From Glycera tridactyla (Eukaryota), in contig OZ286463.1 of NCBI GenBank assembly GCA_965644265.1, positions 105,152,001 to 105,216,000 of the forward strand: a stretch of 64,000 nucleotides of DNA, written 5' to 3'. The notes beneath the pieces were generated by a model that saw only the letters and a program-made list of their open reading frames with translations, did no database searches and was not told the DNA's origin. The position numbers and the translations under genes were made by a program. Each line of letters begins with the position of its first letter. The stretch's first letter is position 1. This document shows positions 24,665 through 40,074 of the stretch, in pieces.

Positions 24665-24840
24665 CATTCAAAGGTGACTACCGATAACACTGGTTTAGTT
24701 GATTTATCCAGGTTGACAGAGACTTTGATATTACGTGACTCCATATTCGGTGATGTTTATATCCTGAGGTGTATACCGACATCACTTGCTCAGTGGATCC
24801 ACCAGGGTTCACAGAGACTTTGATATTACGTGACTATAGA
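24665..24840. repeat. Degenerate ~95-bp tandem duplication
   Basis: Exact 25-mer ACAGAGACTTTGATATTACGTGACT at 24716 and 24811, with weaker similarity upstream of each. Confidence 0.8.
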
Positions 24841-25149
24841 TTGCCTGTCGGTTAACGTGTACCACCACTGGTATTTTATTGTTACCTAATGGCTACCTCA
24901 GAGCAGTATAATATCAGATCTTACACCGACCCTAAATAATAGGTTGCATTGGAGATCAGTGTCTGGTACACCAAAGTCCGAAATGTCAGGCTATGGGTCA
25001 TGTGAGAAATAAAAGTCCATTAGAGTAGCGACTTTCATGTTTATTATCTATGTCTAGAGGATGTGTGGAAAGTCCCTGTATATTTCTGCAATCTTCAGTG
25101 AAACGTTTATGATAGCAAGTCCGTTGATGACTCTCAACAACTGAGATGG

Positions 25150-25186
25150 GACCCAGTGCTTGGTTCAAGACCCAGTGCTTGGTTCA
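25150..25186. repeat. 19-bp tandem duplication (GACCCAGTGCTTGGTTCA)
   Basis: Two adjacent copies. Confidence 0.9.
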
Positions 25187-28100
25187 TCCATCACGAAGTG
25201 ATCACCTTGGTTTGAACCTTGATCCTCCAGGACGAGAAACGAGCTCGGCCATACCACGGAATACGGGTGAGCTTATTTCATTCCAAAAGTATCTTATAAT
25301 ACAACTGATATACAACGTTATAAAACGCACATGTCATGAATAAAACTGTAGCAATTAACTTCGCTAATGAGGTGGACGAGGATTGGGCCTTCAGTGAGTG
25401 TTAGTAATCATTTTTTTCCGACGCCCTTTGACTTATTGTGCTGGCCGTAAAGGACGACACATAGCTAGGAAATGGGTTTGCTGATAAGATGCTCGCTATT
25501 TCATCCTCTCAGAAACACAAATGTACATGGGTTGAATTATTCGAGACTCTGTCATCTTTTTCCTTGAGGTGAAATTATGTGAAAATCATGACCTGTCATG
25601 TCAGACTGCTGATGAGTTTATTGTATTTCCGATTCTTACATTATCATGCTGGGAGATCAGACAAACCTCAGTCAAAACTCCAGGGAATGTTCTGAGGTCT
25701 CAAGGGCATCGTGGCTGCTTGATTGCTTGGTTGATTCTGCTTTGAGGTCATGTCAGCATCATGTGTGCTATATTGTAACGCCCATGTAATGAGCATGGGA
25801 GGGATCATTCAATGTGGATGAGCGCATTGTATTGCCATTTTTCATGTCAAGTCTTTTGGAGATTGGAGAAAGTCTGAAAGGAAACTTCATTCACTACTGA
25901 TGAATGCGTTGGGATTCTATTGAGCATGCTCTCCGATAAGGAATGCAATGCAATCTTGCCGAGGTCAGATAAGGTCATCCTAGTGAAGAGCTTGCTGCAG
26001 GTTGAGCTAGTCATCATCTCCCGCGCACTTCCATGGGTCGGGAACTGCACTAATCAATAGATTTATCCGATGGAAGGAGAGTGGTGGGAGGGTAAGTTAG
26101 CGGCTGATGGACACCCTGGACAAGCTCGTCACTCTCCCTATCATCCGCCATCATACCGCCCCTACTACGCTCCACTGAGCTTGTCCAGCCCAGAATCAAC
26201 CCTCTCGGTATCAATTAGCTCTCAGTTACTCAAAGAGCCACTCCCATTATCGACAAATTTGCCATGCTGCTTTTTCATTGTTGATTGAAATTCAGTTTCT
26301 ACATGCGATATGGCATGAAGCGTGGTGATGGAGGAATGGATTCGTAGAAGGAATGGAAAGCGATGCACTCACGATCAAGGCGGGAGAAAAATCACACATA
26401 CTACAGAGGGATCTGAGTAATTGAAATGGGCACTGGTTTGGTAAGGCGTGTACAGGAACACTGCCGTCAATTCACTCATGAAGTGAATGCGATCGACCTA
26501 CCCACCATTCTTACGAATTCAGGACATGCCATGACAGCCAAGTCACGAGCCGTCCGTGAGCTAGCATAGCTTTTTACGAGACAAAGTCTCAGTTGAAGTT
26601 TGTTTTTATCCGGAGATATTCCTTTCTGAATATATGTCACATGAGTACCAAGGGTTACCCTCTTAAGGATACGGAAAAAGATCTGGTGCCCTACTCATAA
26701 CACCAGGTTTGTGAAAAGTACAAGAGTATCTCATGCAAACATTTATACATTTTCGAAACGCAAGTACATCAAACATCAGTGACGGTCAGTGACAACAATC
26801 AGTGACAGTTGATTTATATGTCCAAAAAACAATTGGTCAATGACAACTCATCCATCTTCTTCATGACTTCTCGGCTTTGAATGTCCGGGACCCCAGTGTG
26901 ATGCTACCACCATCATACAGAAACCATCCAGGATCCAATTTTGACCAAGGGCATAATATTGGTATACGTATGCTTCAATTAATTTCCCGATCTTCACCAA
27001 GATTCGTGAGGTTCCGTAGATGTTCTGAGAGGATGGGCTGTGTATACGCCTTCTCACTATTACAACCAACAGATACAGTTCTTAATCATTCAATTTGAAT
27101 GCATTGATTTATCCAGCTTCACAGATACTTACAAATCTCACAGTGATAGCAACCCTGATACATCATGCTTCATCATCATCATCATCATGCAATCTACACA
27201 TTTATCAATCACCAGAACAGAATACCCGAAGATCAAAGATCGATTTTTCTTACACTTTGTAAACTCAGCATCTTGATGAATATCATTAGGGTAGTCTGTG
27301 CAAATCTGTATCTATCTCATGAATTTTCCAGATACTTTGGTGCACTCTTTCTATAACAAACATATTTACTTTACCAGGTTCGATTGATTGATTGAGTGGG
27401 ACTCAACGTCACTCAAACCCAAGCAAAATTATTTGTGCTGAATATGGTGTTGAATGATGAGTATCAATGCAAGACCTTTTCATTGCAGTGAATAAATGTG
27501 ACCTAATTGCTTCACAGCATGCGAAGTGCATGTGTCATATTAGCTGCCAGCCCCCCCCCCCCAGGTTCACTCACCACTGCTCACACCTATCAATGACCCT
27601 TATCACACAGAAGTGACACCTTAGATCTCAAAATGCCACACACGATGGCCAATCCTTCTAGTAACAACAATGTCACCTAATCCGATTGCAAATGAACGGT
27701 AATCAACGGAATAGAATAAAATACAGCTTTGCAAAAGGATAGCAATAATTGAGTCCTGACGGGGAATCGTAAAGGACCTAGCTGGTTGATGGAATGACTC
27801 GATGTCATGACATCTCACCACCCTCATTCGCAGTTCACACCTGCCCACAAAATTGCCCCTGGTATCCACACTCAGACGTGATTAACCAATGCAGCATTCG
27901 AAGGTTTTATTTCTTTTTTATCATTTTAGGCACCTGGGACTTGTTATATGATCCAGATATCGGAACAGAGATTGCACAACACTTGAAATCTCTGCACAAA
28001 TGGTATCGAAATAATCTGTTGTTGCACGCATTTGGCTGATTGGCACATCGACGGGCAACCAGAAATCTGATACCCAGCTATTAGCAGCAGTCGTCAGCTT

Positions 28101-29569
28101 TTCTCCCCAAGCACATGGGAATCCCTACCTGCTGGTGTATGATTAACAGGATCATATGATGCAGTAGAACACATTGCCAAAAATAGAAAACGGGGGACAT
28201 TCATCAATAAGGACAAAAACTCTGCTATTCGTTCGAAAACCCTACCAGTCACCGTTTTAAGCACTCACTGCGTGGTAATCTGCGTATGGTGCACGGAGTA
28301 CCAATACTCATCGCGGACATGGGCATGAGTAGCGCCAGTCAACGTCGAAAGGCTGCTCCATACATTTCTGATCTGCACCAGATCACTGCAAACATGAAAC
28401 ACACATTTGGAAGACTTTTCCTGCGAATGTCGACAGAATATTAACGAGGGACGAAGAACGAGAGGTTTCCTCTCGTCTGCAAAACCTGAAGATAGAACAA
28501 GTATGTCATTCGACGGAGCATCATATGTCCGAATTCCCGACCAGAGTGAAAGAATTTCCATACCAAACGATAGAATATTCAATGATTCATGCGGATATAT
28601 GTAGTGTCAATCAGCACATTTTGGATTGTTCCAATGTGTTGTTTGACGGTTCGTGTCATCGTACCGAAGTGAGACGTCCCATCTCCATCGATAAACATTT
28701 ATGATACAATTACAAAGCTCCATAAAACTTCACAAATATGGCAGACATTCAAAATCGTCATGCCAAACATCGGTGAAGAGAGGAAAGTCGTGGTTCAGTT
28801 GTCCCCTCTGAACGTGCTGGCATCACCGTGAATTACAGTTCTCGACAGTGTAAATCCCGGCATAATCAGCGGATCATTATGTAGCAGAGTTCGAACGTTG
28901 AGATTATGTGGGAGTAGGACAACTTCCGGATATATGTGTTAATAGAGAAATGATCATGCTATCGAATGCAACCATGCTGAAATAAAACTTTCGATGACTG
29001 GTCATATGCATTTATTCTTCGCTAGATTACCATATTCTGAACATAGCTTAGTACTTCGATTCATGTAACCATGATGAAATCTATGTATCTCAGTTACACT
29101 GATATTTCAGCGCTTTCCCAGAGTATTCTTGCTGAGAACATGAAACCATGAAAAAAGTATATTAGAAAGGGCATTGCATTATTATGTGGTGGAAACTAAA
29201 TCCGCTTGAACCAAATATCCCTGCTCATTAGTTGTGAGCTTCTCATCCGACATGTCTCCATGCTACAGGCGTATTCTAAGAATAGGTTTCATCACACCTC
29301 ACGGATTACAGCTCAATTTCATTTGAGATGGCATCTCTACTTTGCATCCCCCAGAGACCGAGGCTCTCTCCGCACCAATCCATTGATAGCTATTCGCGTG
29401 TTTGGACAGGGTTAGATGGATGCAGATCACAGGAATCTGGGCAAGGTAACTGTCTATCATTTGGAAGACGTGGAATTATATTGATCAGCTTACTGCTCAT
29501 ATGTTGTACCAATCTCTGGTTCTATCAATACTTGATTATGAAGATGCTTCTCTTATCTGAATGAGACGA

Positions 29570-30810
29570 CGACCACCTACCTATAATCGTTTCTCGATGC
29601 ATACATCATCTGCATCCGACCTCTTTAAATACGTTTTTTGTGACTGAGGTGAGAGACAAGCATCTTTATTTTACAGGGGCCGGGGTATATGATTGGATGC
29701 CACCCATTGTCTCAAGCAACCTAACTCAACATGTTCATGGAGCTACTCACACCTCTGGCCACACCCTAGATCTGGTCGTCACCAGAGCTTTTGACCCCAT
29801 CCTCTCTAAAGTAACAATCATCGATCCCAAGATCTCCGACCACAAACCAGTCATGTTCAATTTGGTGAAGATAAAAAAACCTTCCTCTTCGGAAAAATAG
29901 AATATAGGAGCATTTCCCAGATTGATATTAACATCGATGAACCTGAACTCATCTGCTCCCCAGCCATCAATATGTCTGATCTGGTATCACAATAGCACTC
30001 TCTCATTGCTCTTGAGAATACATGCCCCACTCAGGGAAAACTCATGACTGACAGACCTGAATCTCGTTTGTACACTAGTCAATTGGGGGTAATGAAACAT
30101 GACACCGGAGCGAAAAGCCAAATCCACTGAAGCCGGATTGAGACAAGACCAGGCATTACAACGATTCAGTCCAAAAGAGTGCTGGTTACAAGAGTACATT
30201 TTCTAATCTGGAAAACAGACTCTTACATCGCACACCCATCATGCCTCTCCCATCTCATAAGTCTACTATGACTTTGGTTGATGACTTCACCACATTTTTC
30301 ACAAACAAAATTGTTAAAAGAGACAATACTCTTACCTCGCCAAAAAGAGTCTGACACTCTTCAAAAGTCGACATCTTATATCAAGCTTGCTTCCTTCTCA
30401 CTCAGCATTTTCGAGAGGTCCTACCAACATCTCTGCAATACACTCACAAATTTGATCACTGCCTTGCTTGATCAAAGCATTGTCCTAAACCAACTCCCTG
30501 GAGCCATGCTCAGCACAATACTGGAAAAAATCCCACGTGGACCTTGATGATCTCAACAATTAACGCTAATTACCAATTTCCCTCATGTCTTTAAGCTCCT
30601 AGAGAGAGTGCTTGCCATTCAGCTAAACTCACATTTGTCCAGATACTCCCTCCGTGTACAATACCAATCAGCATACAGGTTGCACCACTCCACTGGCACT
30701 GCCATCATATAGGTCTCGAATAACATCCTCATGGCCTTGGATGCTTGAAAGTCAATTTGTCTTGTCCTGTTACATCTGTCCACAGCTTTTGATGCTGTCA
30801 ATCTTACTGG
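29570..30810 (+). mobile_element. Old, decayed L2-clade LINE ORF2 fragment
   Basis: LTQHVHGATHTSGHTLDLVVTR and ISDHKPVMFNL (APE end); LPSHKSTMTLVDDFTTFFTNKIV (linker); KLLERVLAIQL, QSAYRLHHSTGTAI, LVLLHLSTAFDAV (RT); many stops and frameshifts. Confidence 0.85.
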
Positions 30811-32863
30811 ACAGACTAGCGAAGAGGATGAAAGGAGGATGACACATACATTTTTTAAAAATCAAAGAGTTAGATTGCTAAATTGCAAAATGAAAAACAT
30901 TGTCATCATTATGATCATAATAATCAATTATCATTATCATTGTCCAGGATACGAGAAGTATCAATGTCTTTAGGAAAATAAAATATTGCATTAGGCATTC
31001 CCTACCACTAGGCCCACCGTCCAATGATCATCAAAGCAGTAGAATTTGTAATCTCATCAATGCATTGGCCAGTGTTTTCTTCAGTGCAGCAGTAGTTTGT
31101 ATGTAAATTACGTTTCCAAGCCAGACACACATGTTTCATTTAGCAATCAAGCAACTTAACTCATTGATCTTATGATGCATGTGTATATAGTTGGTGAAAT
31201 AGAGTGTGTATCGCGTAATCTGGCTCATGAAGTATGTATTCCGTAAAATTGATGAGATGAAAATAAGTTGTTTCTGCTCATCTCGATAATCAACAATTTA
31301 TGAGCGGTCTTCTTCTGAAAAAAGGTCCTCGGGCGAGAGGTAGTTAAGTGCTGACCTTTTCTAGTGGGTTTCAAGGCGTTGAAATGATTTGCAAAACTGC
31401 AGCTGATACAACTCTCCTTGGTAAGTAAAACAGCTAATTTTCTGTCTCATTATCAAAAGGCTCAACAGGAGGTAAATTTGTGAAAAGTCCAATCAAAATG
31501 CTGGTTTGTGGACTGTTGTGACTGTGCGGTGCCTCATTGAAAAGCAAATGTGTGAAAAGTTTCATCCCGAAGGAATGAGGGTTTTCGAATTTGACCGTAG
31601 TAGCCACATTGTGCCCATCCTTTGCGATGCACTATTTCATACCCATAGTCGGAGCAGTCATTTCAATAGTGCCGCTGATTGGTGTTGCATGGAATTTGAT
31701 GTCAACGCTACAGGAATGAGGTGAATGAACCAAGCAATTCAGAATGCGAACGTAAAAAATGGGTTAGTCCCACAAAGGACCAGTATACCATATATGACCC
31801 TGCCTGGCGGCCTTTTATGGTACATTCTTCATTGGCACTGGACCGAATGATGCATTTGGGACAGAAGTGTCTAGCCTGCATCAGACTGAGCTGGTAGGTT
31901 AACTGAATGGGCTGATACTCGAGTGTCTGACTTGGGAATGAGTACCATATAAGGACCTGGCTGGTGGCGTTAAATGGTACATTATCCATCGGAGCTGGAC
32001 CAAGAAATAAATGTATTTGGGTATCCGGCGTGTAGCCTGTATTAGAGTGACCCGGAAGTGTGGGTGGCAGATCTGAGACTTGATTGTATGGCCTAGAAAT
32101 ATGTTGGTCAAATATAAAGCATATATACCATATACGATACTGACTTTCATGCTCTCAAATAGTGATCTCAATGTTGACAGCGTTTCCAGATGACAATCGC
32201 GTCTCAAATAAGACCATGTTTGCGAAGGTATTCTAATGGACATTGGCTTCCTATTAACAGCGCATCGAATCAGGGATTATTGCCAATATTAGACGGTGAC
32301 ATTTCTTTCACACTGCTCTGACTTCGTGAGAAGTTGGATTATACACACTCATCTTCAAACGCAAATGCACATTCGCACACTGATGCACATGCAAGAGGTG
32401 ATATCAGTTCCTTCAAATGCTTTACAAATCCAGAAGTCAACTGCCAGAAGGCCTGAATCCCACAGGAATCTGTGAAGGGCAATGCTCCGGTTTCAAGGCG
32501 GCGAGCAATTTTCATGTGTAATATGGACAGTCCAATGGATATTGATCTAGTCTGTACACTTTGTTGGTATATCGGGTCAATGAAAAAGCCTATAATATAT
32601 TATGAAATTATAAAATATTGAAAAGACTGTCACAAAAATACATGTATAAATACTACCATTGCTCTCTAATGATTTTTTTCACCAAGATTCGCGTGATTGT
32701 TGCGACTGACATATTCGATGTTGACCCAGTGACATTGTCCGGAAGGTGTTGGACTTTTCAAGCACCTCTGTGATAGCTGAGTTTGAATGAGCGGTATATA
32801 CTTACTGAGGCACATCTTTCTGTCTGTCAATCAAGTTCGAACCCTCATCTCTCATATCTGCAA

Positions 32864-32866
<3 letters not shown>

Positions 32867-32938
<72 letters not shown>
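32867..32938. repeat. (TG)n microsatellite
   Basis: About 36 TG units. Confidence 0.98.
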
Positions 32939-32941
<3 letters not shown>

Positions 32942-35900
32942 TTTGGGAAGAGGAATTCAACCCAATCATTCGTGGTCATTCGTTATAGTGCCACAACTAT
33001 TGATACTGGTCAGGTGCTCACATCATCATTCAGTGAAAATGATGTGTAGGTCATGTGTGTTTTGCTGCTGTGATCTCAACACTAGGGCAAAGGTCTATGA
33101 TATTGTCTGCCATCTAGTAGGGCTATATATTTACTACACATCGGCTGACTGTCTTCACAGTATTGATGTGGTCACTCCTCCCACAAAATAACTGCAGCAG
33201 CAGCAGCAGGCCACTCACATTTGGGTTAAGTGTACTTGTATGTCGCCACTACGGACACACCAGCATGCAATCAGGAGATTTGTCTCACATAGATAATGAT
33301 TGGGATAGGGAAATGCAGGGCTATCACGATCGGCCAGGGGCTGTTTGCATTTGGTCAATGATCAGATGAATCCATTGTCTAAGCTGTGATGAATTAGATA
33401 ATGTGTCCTCACATGCCTTTTAGGCAATAACTCATCCAGGCGAAAGCGCTCGATCATCTTCTTCCACCTTAACTCTCACGAGACTTTTTTTGGCAGAAAC
33501 TCACTCATCACCTCTGTCCAAATATCTCCCATGATACATTATTTTTATGGGTTGAATATAATACTCGTGCTAATTATAGACGTTTGGGAGGACTAGCAGA
33601 ATGTATCGTCATAAGTTGCTTGGGTGTCTAATGACTCAGGAGCTGCAACCAAGCGATATTGAGACGCCATGCAATGGGCATGGCTGGGCTCATTCAAGAC
33701 TCCTCTGCCTGGGCACCAGTCGGAGGACGGAATAATGGGGAAATTATCATTTCGATTGGGAGCATCCCTGTCGCAAGGCGGAACGTAAATGATGAGGACG
33801 TTATTATATATCATCATGGTGTCACATGAGAAGGCTTGCCATCCAAGGACGATGGCCTTGATCTCCTGTTGACATGATGGCATTGACGTCAATTGCAATT
33901 GTGCTTTATCAAGGGTTCCATCAAATCTAGTAACACAACACTTTCCCTCTAACATAACGAATATTTTGAATGCAGGGTCTGATTGTATCTGCACATCAAA
34001 CGATGTCATCAAATACACGTGTAGGGCCTAACATATTCAACGAATACACTCGTGCTCGAATATCCTAAATATGATGGATTCAAAAAGATATGTCTACACT
34101 GTTGCAAACATACCAGTCAATAATGTTGATTTGCTCGGCGGTGGTGTCTGTCATGTGTTTGAATCCTCTATGTGAACAATGAAGAAATGGGTCGCGATTG
34201 TGGGAGGCTTCTCCTCGAGTCCTGATCCCCCCCCCCCCTACTGTTCCAGATGATTGGATGCTTTGTTAGGGACTGGTGGCTCATCAGTTCACAAGGAGTT
34301 GTGATACTATACTCATGCGAAGAGTGTGGAGATGGAATCACTTCGATAGCAATTTTCCTGAGGAATATGAACTGACATTAGAGTCAATGCTCACCCAATG
34401 CTTCGTTGAAGACAACGCCTCTAGTGCCACAAACACCTCTGCATTGCAATTCAGGCTCTGTTTTGTTATTTCACTCGGTATACATATTTATGACGCATGA
34501 GATGTTTTGATATCATGGCAGCTTCATCCATATTATCATTCATTTCACGCGAGCCTTGTTAATTGTGCGGTCTTCACAATCACCGCAAGCACCGAGAAAG
34601 CTAACAATATATGCCAACCACAGAAGAGATCGCCATGATTGATGGTAATGGTGAGAGATGAGAGCGAGATATAGCTGCTTCATAAGGAACAACGGAAATA
34701 TGTTTGGAATATCCACAGTTAGTTCCTGCGTTGGCGTGCAGCGTCATCAAGGTAGTATTCATGTCAATTTCGCGTGAGAGAGCGAGGCTAATCGCTGGAT
34801 GTCATGATAGAGGTCGTGGTTGGGACTAAAAACATGGATCGAATTATATGGATGGGCTCATCCACGGATGTAAATTTGAGAAGGCCAACATCCGAAGGCC
34901 AGTTGTGTGTATAGTATGCGGGGAAGTGACGGCGATTTGGCTGGCTCCAAATCGAGTATATGCTTATTGTTGTCGATGTTCGAAATGATGTCCATGGTGG
35001 TGTTGTGGTTTGATGTGAACGTCATCTTCATCCGTATTTTTTGACAGAAAGAGCTCACAGTTGTGTTCCGTGGCAGCGGCCGCTGACGGTGTCTCAGTGT
35101 CAATGGTGGGCAGACCACGGAATTGAATTGAGTCACACGTTGTTCAACTTTGGCGACAAATTGCTTTTTGAGCAAGACATTTCCCATGGCACGTTTGCTT
35201 CATCTGATTATAGCCTACACGTCATACGCTGAAAGCAACAGTTTGCTAGAGTGTTGCCGGTTTTCTCATCTCACTTGCTAGCTTTCAATCATCTGTGCAA
35301 AGGCACATAGTGATAAGGCTTTTGACAGAGATCAAAAACCGGTGATAGAAAAGTAGCTCAGAATACTAGCATCTTTGTCATTCATCCGTGATACGAAATC
35401 AATCAAGCCGCAAGAGAAGTGATGTGAACAAGCTCAGCAAGGATGACCCCCGGGCAGTCATGGTTCACGGCAGAACTCTGATAACCCATCAATCTCATGA
35501 TTAGATAAAACGATTCCACAAATGATTGTGAAATGTCAGTGAACGTTCCTGATATCTTAGCATAGAAACAATGACAAGATTTAAATCGATAGGGTGATTC
35601 ACCTATGGTATATTCAGGTATCTAGTATTGATGTGATACCAAAGAGGCACAAGAGAGTGCCCACAAAGTCAATCCCGTGGCGGGTTGCCACACATCTGGT
35701 CATATCGCTACTAGTGTTCTGCCATGATGCTAGTTCCATCTGATAAGTTGGGTTCTTGACTGGTGGTGATCTGATAAAGGAAGTTGGCCATGACATAATA
35801 ACCCAGCGGTCATGGTATCAATCTTCTGATTCCAGCTGTCAGCCCAATTCCTACCAATCATCAGCAAAGTGTCTTTGCCATTTTGAAAAATAATTTTGTC

Positions 35901-38900
35901 TAGTCCAAATTATCTGCGTTTGTTTGGAGGGGTGATAAGTACTTGACACTTGGGGTTCATTCACCCTCTTCAACAAGAAAGCCAAAACAATCTCAGAATC
36001 CCCTTTCCCCGTTTCAGACCAGATGCATATGAATTGCAAATTGGTTCTCATTGGTAGGCGCGTTGTTTAATCAGGCTGATATTGAAGCACCCATGCAGTA
36101 CGTAATGTATCGTTCAGTCCTCTTTCCGGTAAACTTGGTGCCCGACAGAATTCATGGGATACACAGAAGCTCAGCGCGTTATTTCCATTTCGAACTTCTG
36201 ATTCAATTGCTTGCATGTATGGGCCTGCTTTTTGGGCTATCTAATCAGTAGGCATCCAGTAAATGTGTAGTTTATTGTGAACTCTCCCACACCCGGCAGT
36301 TAGGTGGCCACATATTCCTTGCTATGGACTAGGCCAGTCTCTCATTCTGTCTGACTCTGGCTCAGGCTAGCACATAATTAATGGCTAAGACACATGAGAG
36401 CCATCCAAATTGAGGTGAGGTCAATAGTAGTATTGGCTCTCACTTAGGGAAATGATCATAAATCTATACTCATTGAAGGCTGTGTTGAAAGTATTCACGC
36501 AATTGATCTACTTATACATGACGTTATAGGAGTCAATGATAAGATGATTCCTCCTTCTTCCAACCACAGCTGCTTGTTTGAGTTGAATGTAGATTCAATC
36601 TCACCTGCATATACAAGGGAGAACACTCGTGTGGTTGTACATGCGTGTCAAATGAAGAAGAAGGGATACAAGGCAAAGAGTATTCGCAAGAGTGGTGAAG
36701 GTTATTTGGAAAACATGCGTGATACAATTTGCATGAAGAAACATTCCTGTGATTCAGGGATGAACGTAGAATACTGACGTATTGAGGCCAATGCAAGTGA
36801 TATTACTTGTAGTGTCGGGATACATCACTCAGTTTGCCGTCTCCGTCACGTCTTTGTCGAGCCTGCTTTTAGTGGGAAGCTTCTCCTAGATTGACAAACA
36901 ATGTGAGTGAAACAGAAAGGAATGCATCATTTTGTTGGAGTATATTTGCTTGGTGATGAATATGACCTTGAAAATACCATCTTACAATCAACACTGTTCA
37001 CAACGAAACAGCCCATCGGGAATACATCGGGAATGGCAGCATCCTCTTCGGGCCAATGGACATCTGGATGGCCCATACATAGATATGAGTGGAAACCAGA
37101 AATCTGCTAGATTGAGACAGATATTTAGACTTTAGATCCTGAAGAATGAGAAATATCATATACATTTCCCTCAGCACCAGTGATGTCTAGATGAATTTCA
37201 TCATTTCTCTAGAGCGTTCGGTGTTTCAATTGCGTGATAGCAGATAGAATAACATTCCCGAGCAGGTCAGGGTAGGATATGTGTATATGTCTGATGTGGC
37301 TTTTGTACAGCGTTCTCAGTGTCTATTCAGGAGATAATTGAATGTTTGCCTAATCATACCCTGTATTTGGGTTGCTTCAGATCCACACGCCTATGATATG
37401 ATGGGAGCAACGTTGGCTGGTATATATGACACCCAAGTGACAGCAGCTGGCTACCATAGCATGACTTGAGTTCAGCGGTTGCAACACGCCTCCTCTTCAT
37501 TCCGTGATTTTACACTGAGCTGTGGTAAGAAAACGTAGTCAATGACAGATTCGGAAATTGAGATTGGAAACGCATACTCGGTAAGATGAAAAACCCTTTG
37601 GCATCATAACCGTTCCTAGTAGACTCAACATGAAGATTGGTGGGGCTGAGAAGGGTGTATACTCCACATTGGTTGCTTCCTCATTTCTTTAGAGTGGGTT
37701 ATGTCATCATAAGATCATATGGTGTAGGTAGAGCGTATGTGGAAACGTCAGGTCTCGATTTCCCCTTGGGCTGCCATGGCCATCCCGATGTCTGCGAGGC
37801 AAATAACCGTGGTCTATCTACACAAGATCTCTAGAGGAGCTATCATCGAGAAGAGTTATCCTAGTACAGATAGTTGAGGAGTATTGAAATGATGACAATA
37901 TTGTGTGTATGAGAACAACTCCCGGAGTTCTATCACATTGATGCTGTAAATGGAGGATATGAAATTCCCACCAGCAGAAATAAATCGGATGACTGAGTAT
38001 GGATGTTACATTTTATTATTGTCGAGCCGGCCTGGAATACCAAATCCGTACAATGGGCATCTTCCTACGAAGTTCACCCTGCTCCCGGACCAAATGAGTA
38101 ATTCACTCGATGAACGACCTCTCTAGACAGTTCACCTGTTAGCAGTGATTCCTGTCCTATGCAACCAACGATCCACCCTTGTTTGAAACGCAACATTGGA
38201 CAAAGCTAGGAGCAAGTGAGAGGGCTTCTTTTTATCATAGTTTTGCATTAGCTTTCAGTTAAATTGATGTGGAATAAGTATTCATCTAACTTCACGGGAC
38301 ATTATATCGATAGCAACAGCTACAACCAAGCAGATCAGGGAAGTGATGGCACTTGTACCTCTTGGAACGTGAATCATCTTTGCAAAATAGAACTGAAAGG
38401 GCGAAAAATGAGGCCAAAGGGAAAAATCTCAACTACAAGAATGATGAACTCCTTATCGAAAGAGTCATGTGACTACAACCCTATTATAACCCTTTATTAA
38501 AATGGATGGAATTGAAAGTGATTGATATCTTGAAGTTTTTTTAGGACACAATCAAGCAATCATCCTACATTAGTAGCAGGATATCCGATACACTCGTGAC
38601 AGAAATATCCATGACACACCCGTGGAGGGGTAAATCCCTGGAAAAGGAACACGTACACATCATAAGGCCATGGTAATTCCTGATAGATAACACTGCAAGG
38701 AAAAGGTCACAATCACTGTGATAAATCGAGTCTTTAAGTCAGCTCTTGCTGGGACTACGACACTAATTGGTGTCGTTATGTTGCTCACTGTTTGCTTGAA
38801 ATATGGATTATATACTCAAGTGCTTATCAATATCTACATGGCGTGTCAATAGCAATAGCTACTCAAGAAGTTGATGCAGTGTTCACTGACTATTGGATAC

Positions 38901-40074
38901 CCATAAATGATGTAGATAATACGCTGAAAGCTGTGAGGTATTCTGAATTTAATCTTCAGCATTGTCGAATATAAGTTTGAAAGTGATTTTGGTCTACATC
39001 CAAATGATCAAATGAGTTTGTTGACCTGCTGCAACATTGATGAGTAATCTTGTTCGACGAAATCTTGGAGAAAATCACTCACTCATTCAGCCATACTCGT
39101 CTAGGAGCGGAATAATACATCATCAGAGATCAAGGTGATCTCTCTGGTTTACCTGAATATCCCATGGATCTATACTGTGACTTTCACACACTGAATCATA
39201 ATGGATGGAAGAATGGGAGTTGATCCCCATGAAATAGGATATCGACTCATATATCCACATTAGATCCTCGATAAATAATGGGTAATTCCTATCTGTTATT
39301 ATATTTTTCATGTAAGAAATATGCAAGAGCACAGTCTGAGACTATAATTTGAATGATAAGACCAACTCTGCTTCTGTGCCTGATTCATGGAATCAAGGGT
39401 GTTTTTAGGCCGACCAATACAGTGAACATGATGACTTACTCACTCATCAAGTTGATTGATTGATTGACTGATTGATTCATTGATTGGCTAAATGCATTCT
39501 TCAATCCAAAGGTTTGTATACCATGTGTTGCTGATCTATGGAAGCTTGATATTCTCCCCCCTTCAGGCTTCCCTCCAAATGAATGATGATGAGGAATGAT
39601 GCAGAAAAGAATCAACTCAAAAAGAAACATAGGCAATGAAGAGGGGTAGAGACCTTTCAGTAACACCAGATGTGCCTGTACTTTTACTCTCTTCTATCGG
39701 CCGTCTTGTAGAAGCACGTGGGTCATCTATTGATGTTAAATAGAGTTATGTGGATGCGGTACATTGGGCGTGATTGATGGGGGAGAAGGCGGTGGGGGTT
39801 AGCCATGCCAGCAAAGGTCACATTCAACATTGATCAAGGATGTTTACATGAGCATGCGCCAAGCTCACTTGAGGCGTTTCCTCCTTCCAATCACACGCTA
39901 ATATGACCACATTGTCAGGCCCATCAATGACATCCCGCCATGGAAAGGGCAAGGATCAATGACAATGAAGTGGGAGAAATAGAGACACGGGAGAGAAGAG
40001 AAAAGAAGGGGAGGAAAGGGGGGGGGGGGTGTATACGCGATTAGGAGAGAGGATGACAGGCGAACAGGCTGAAA

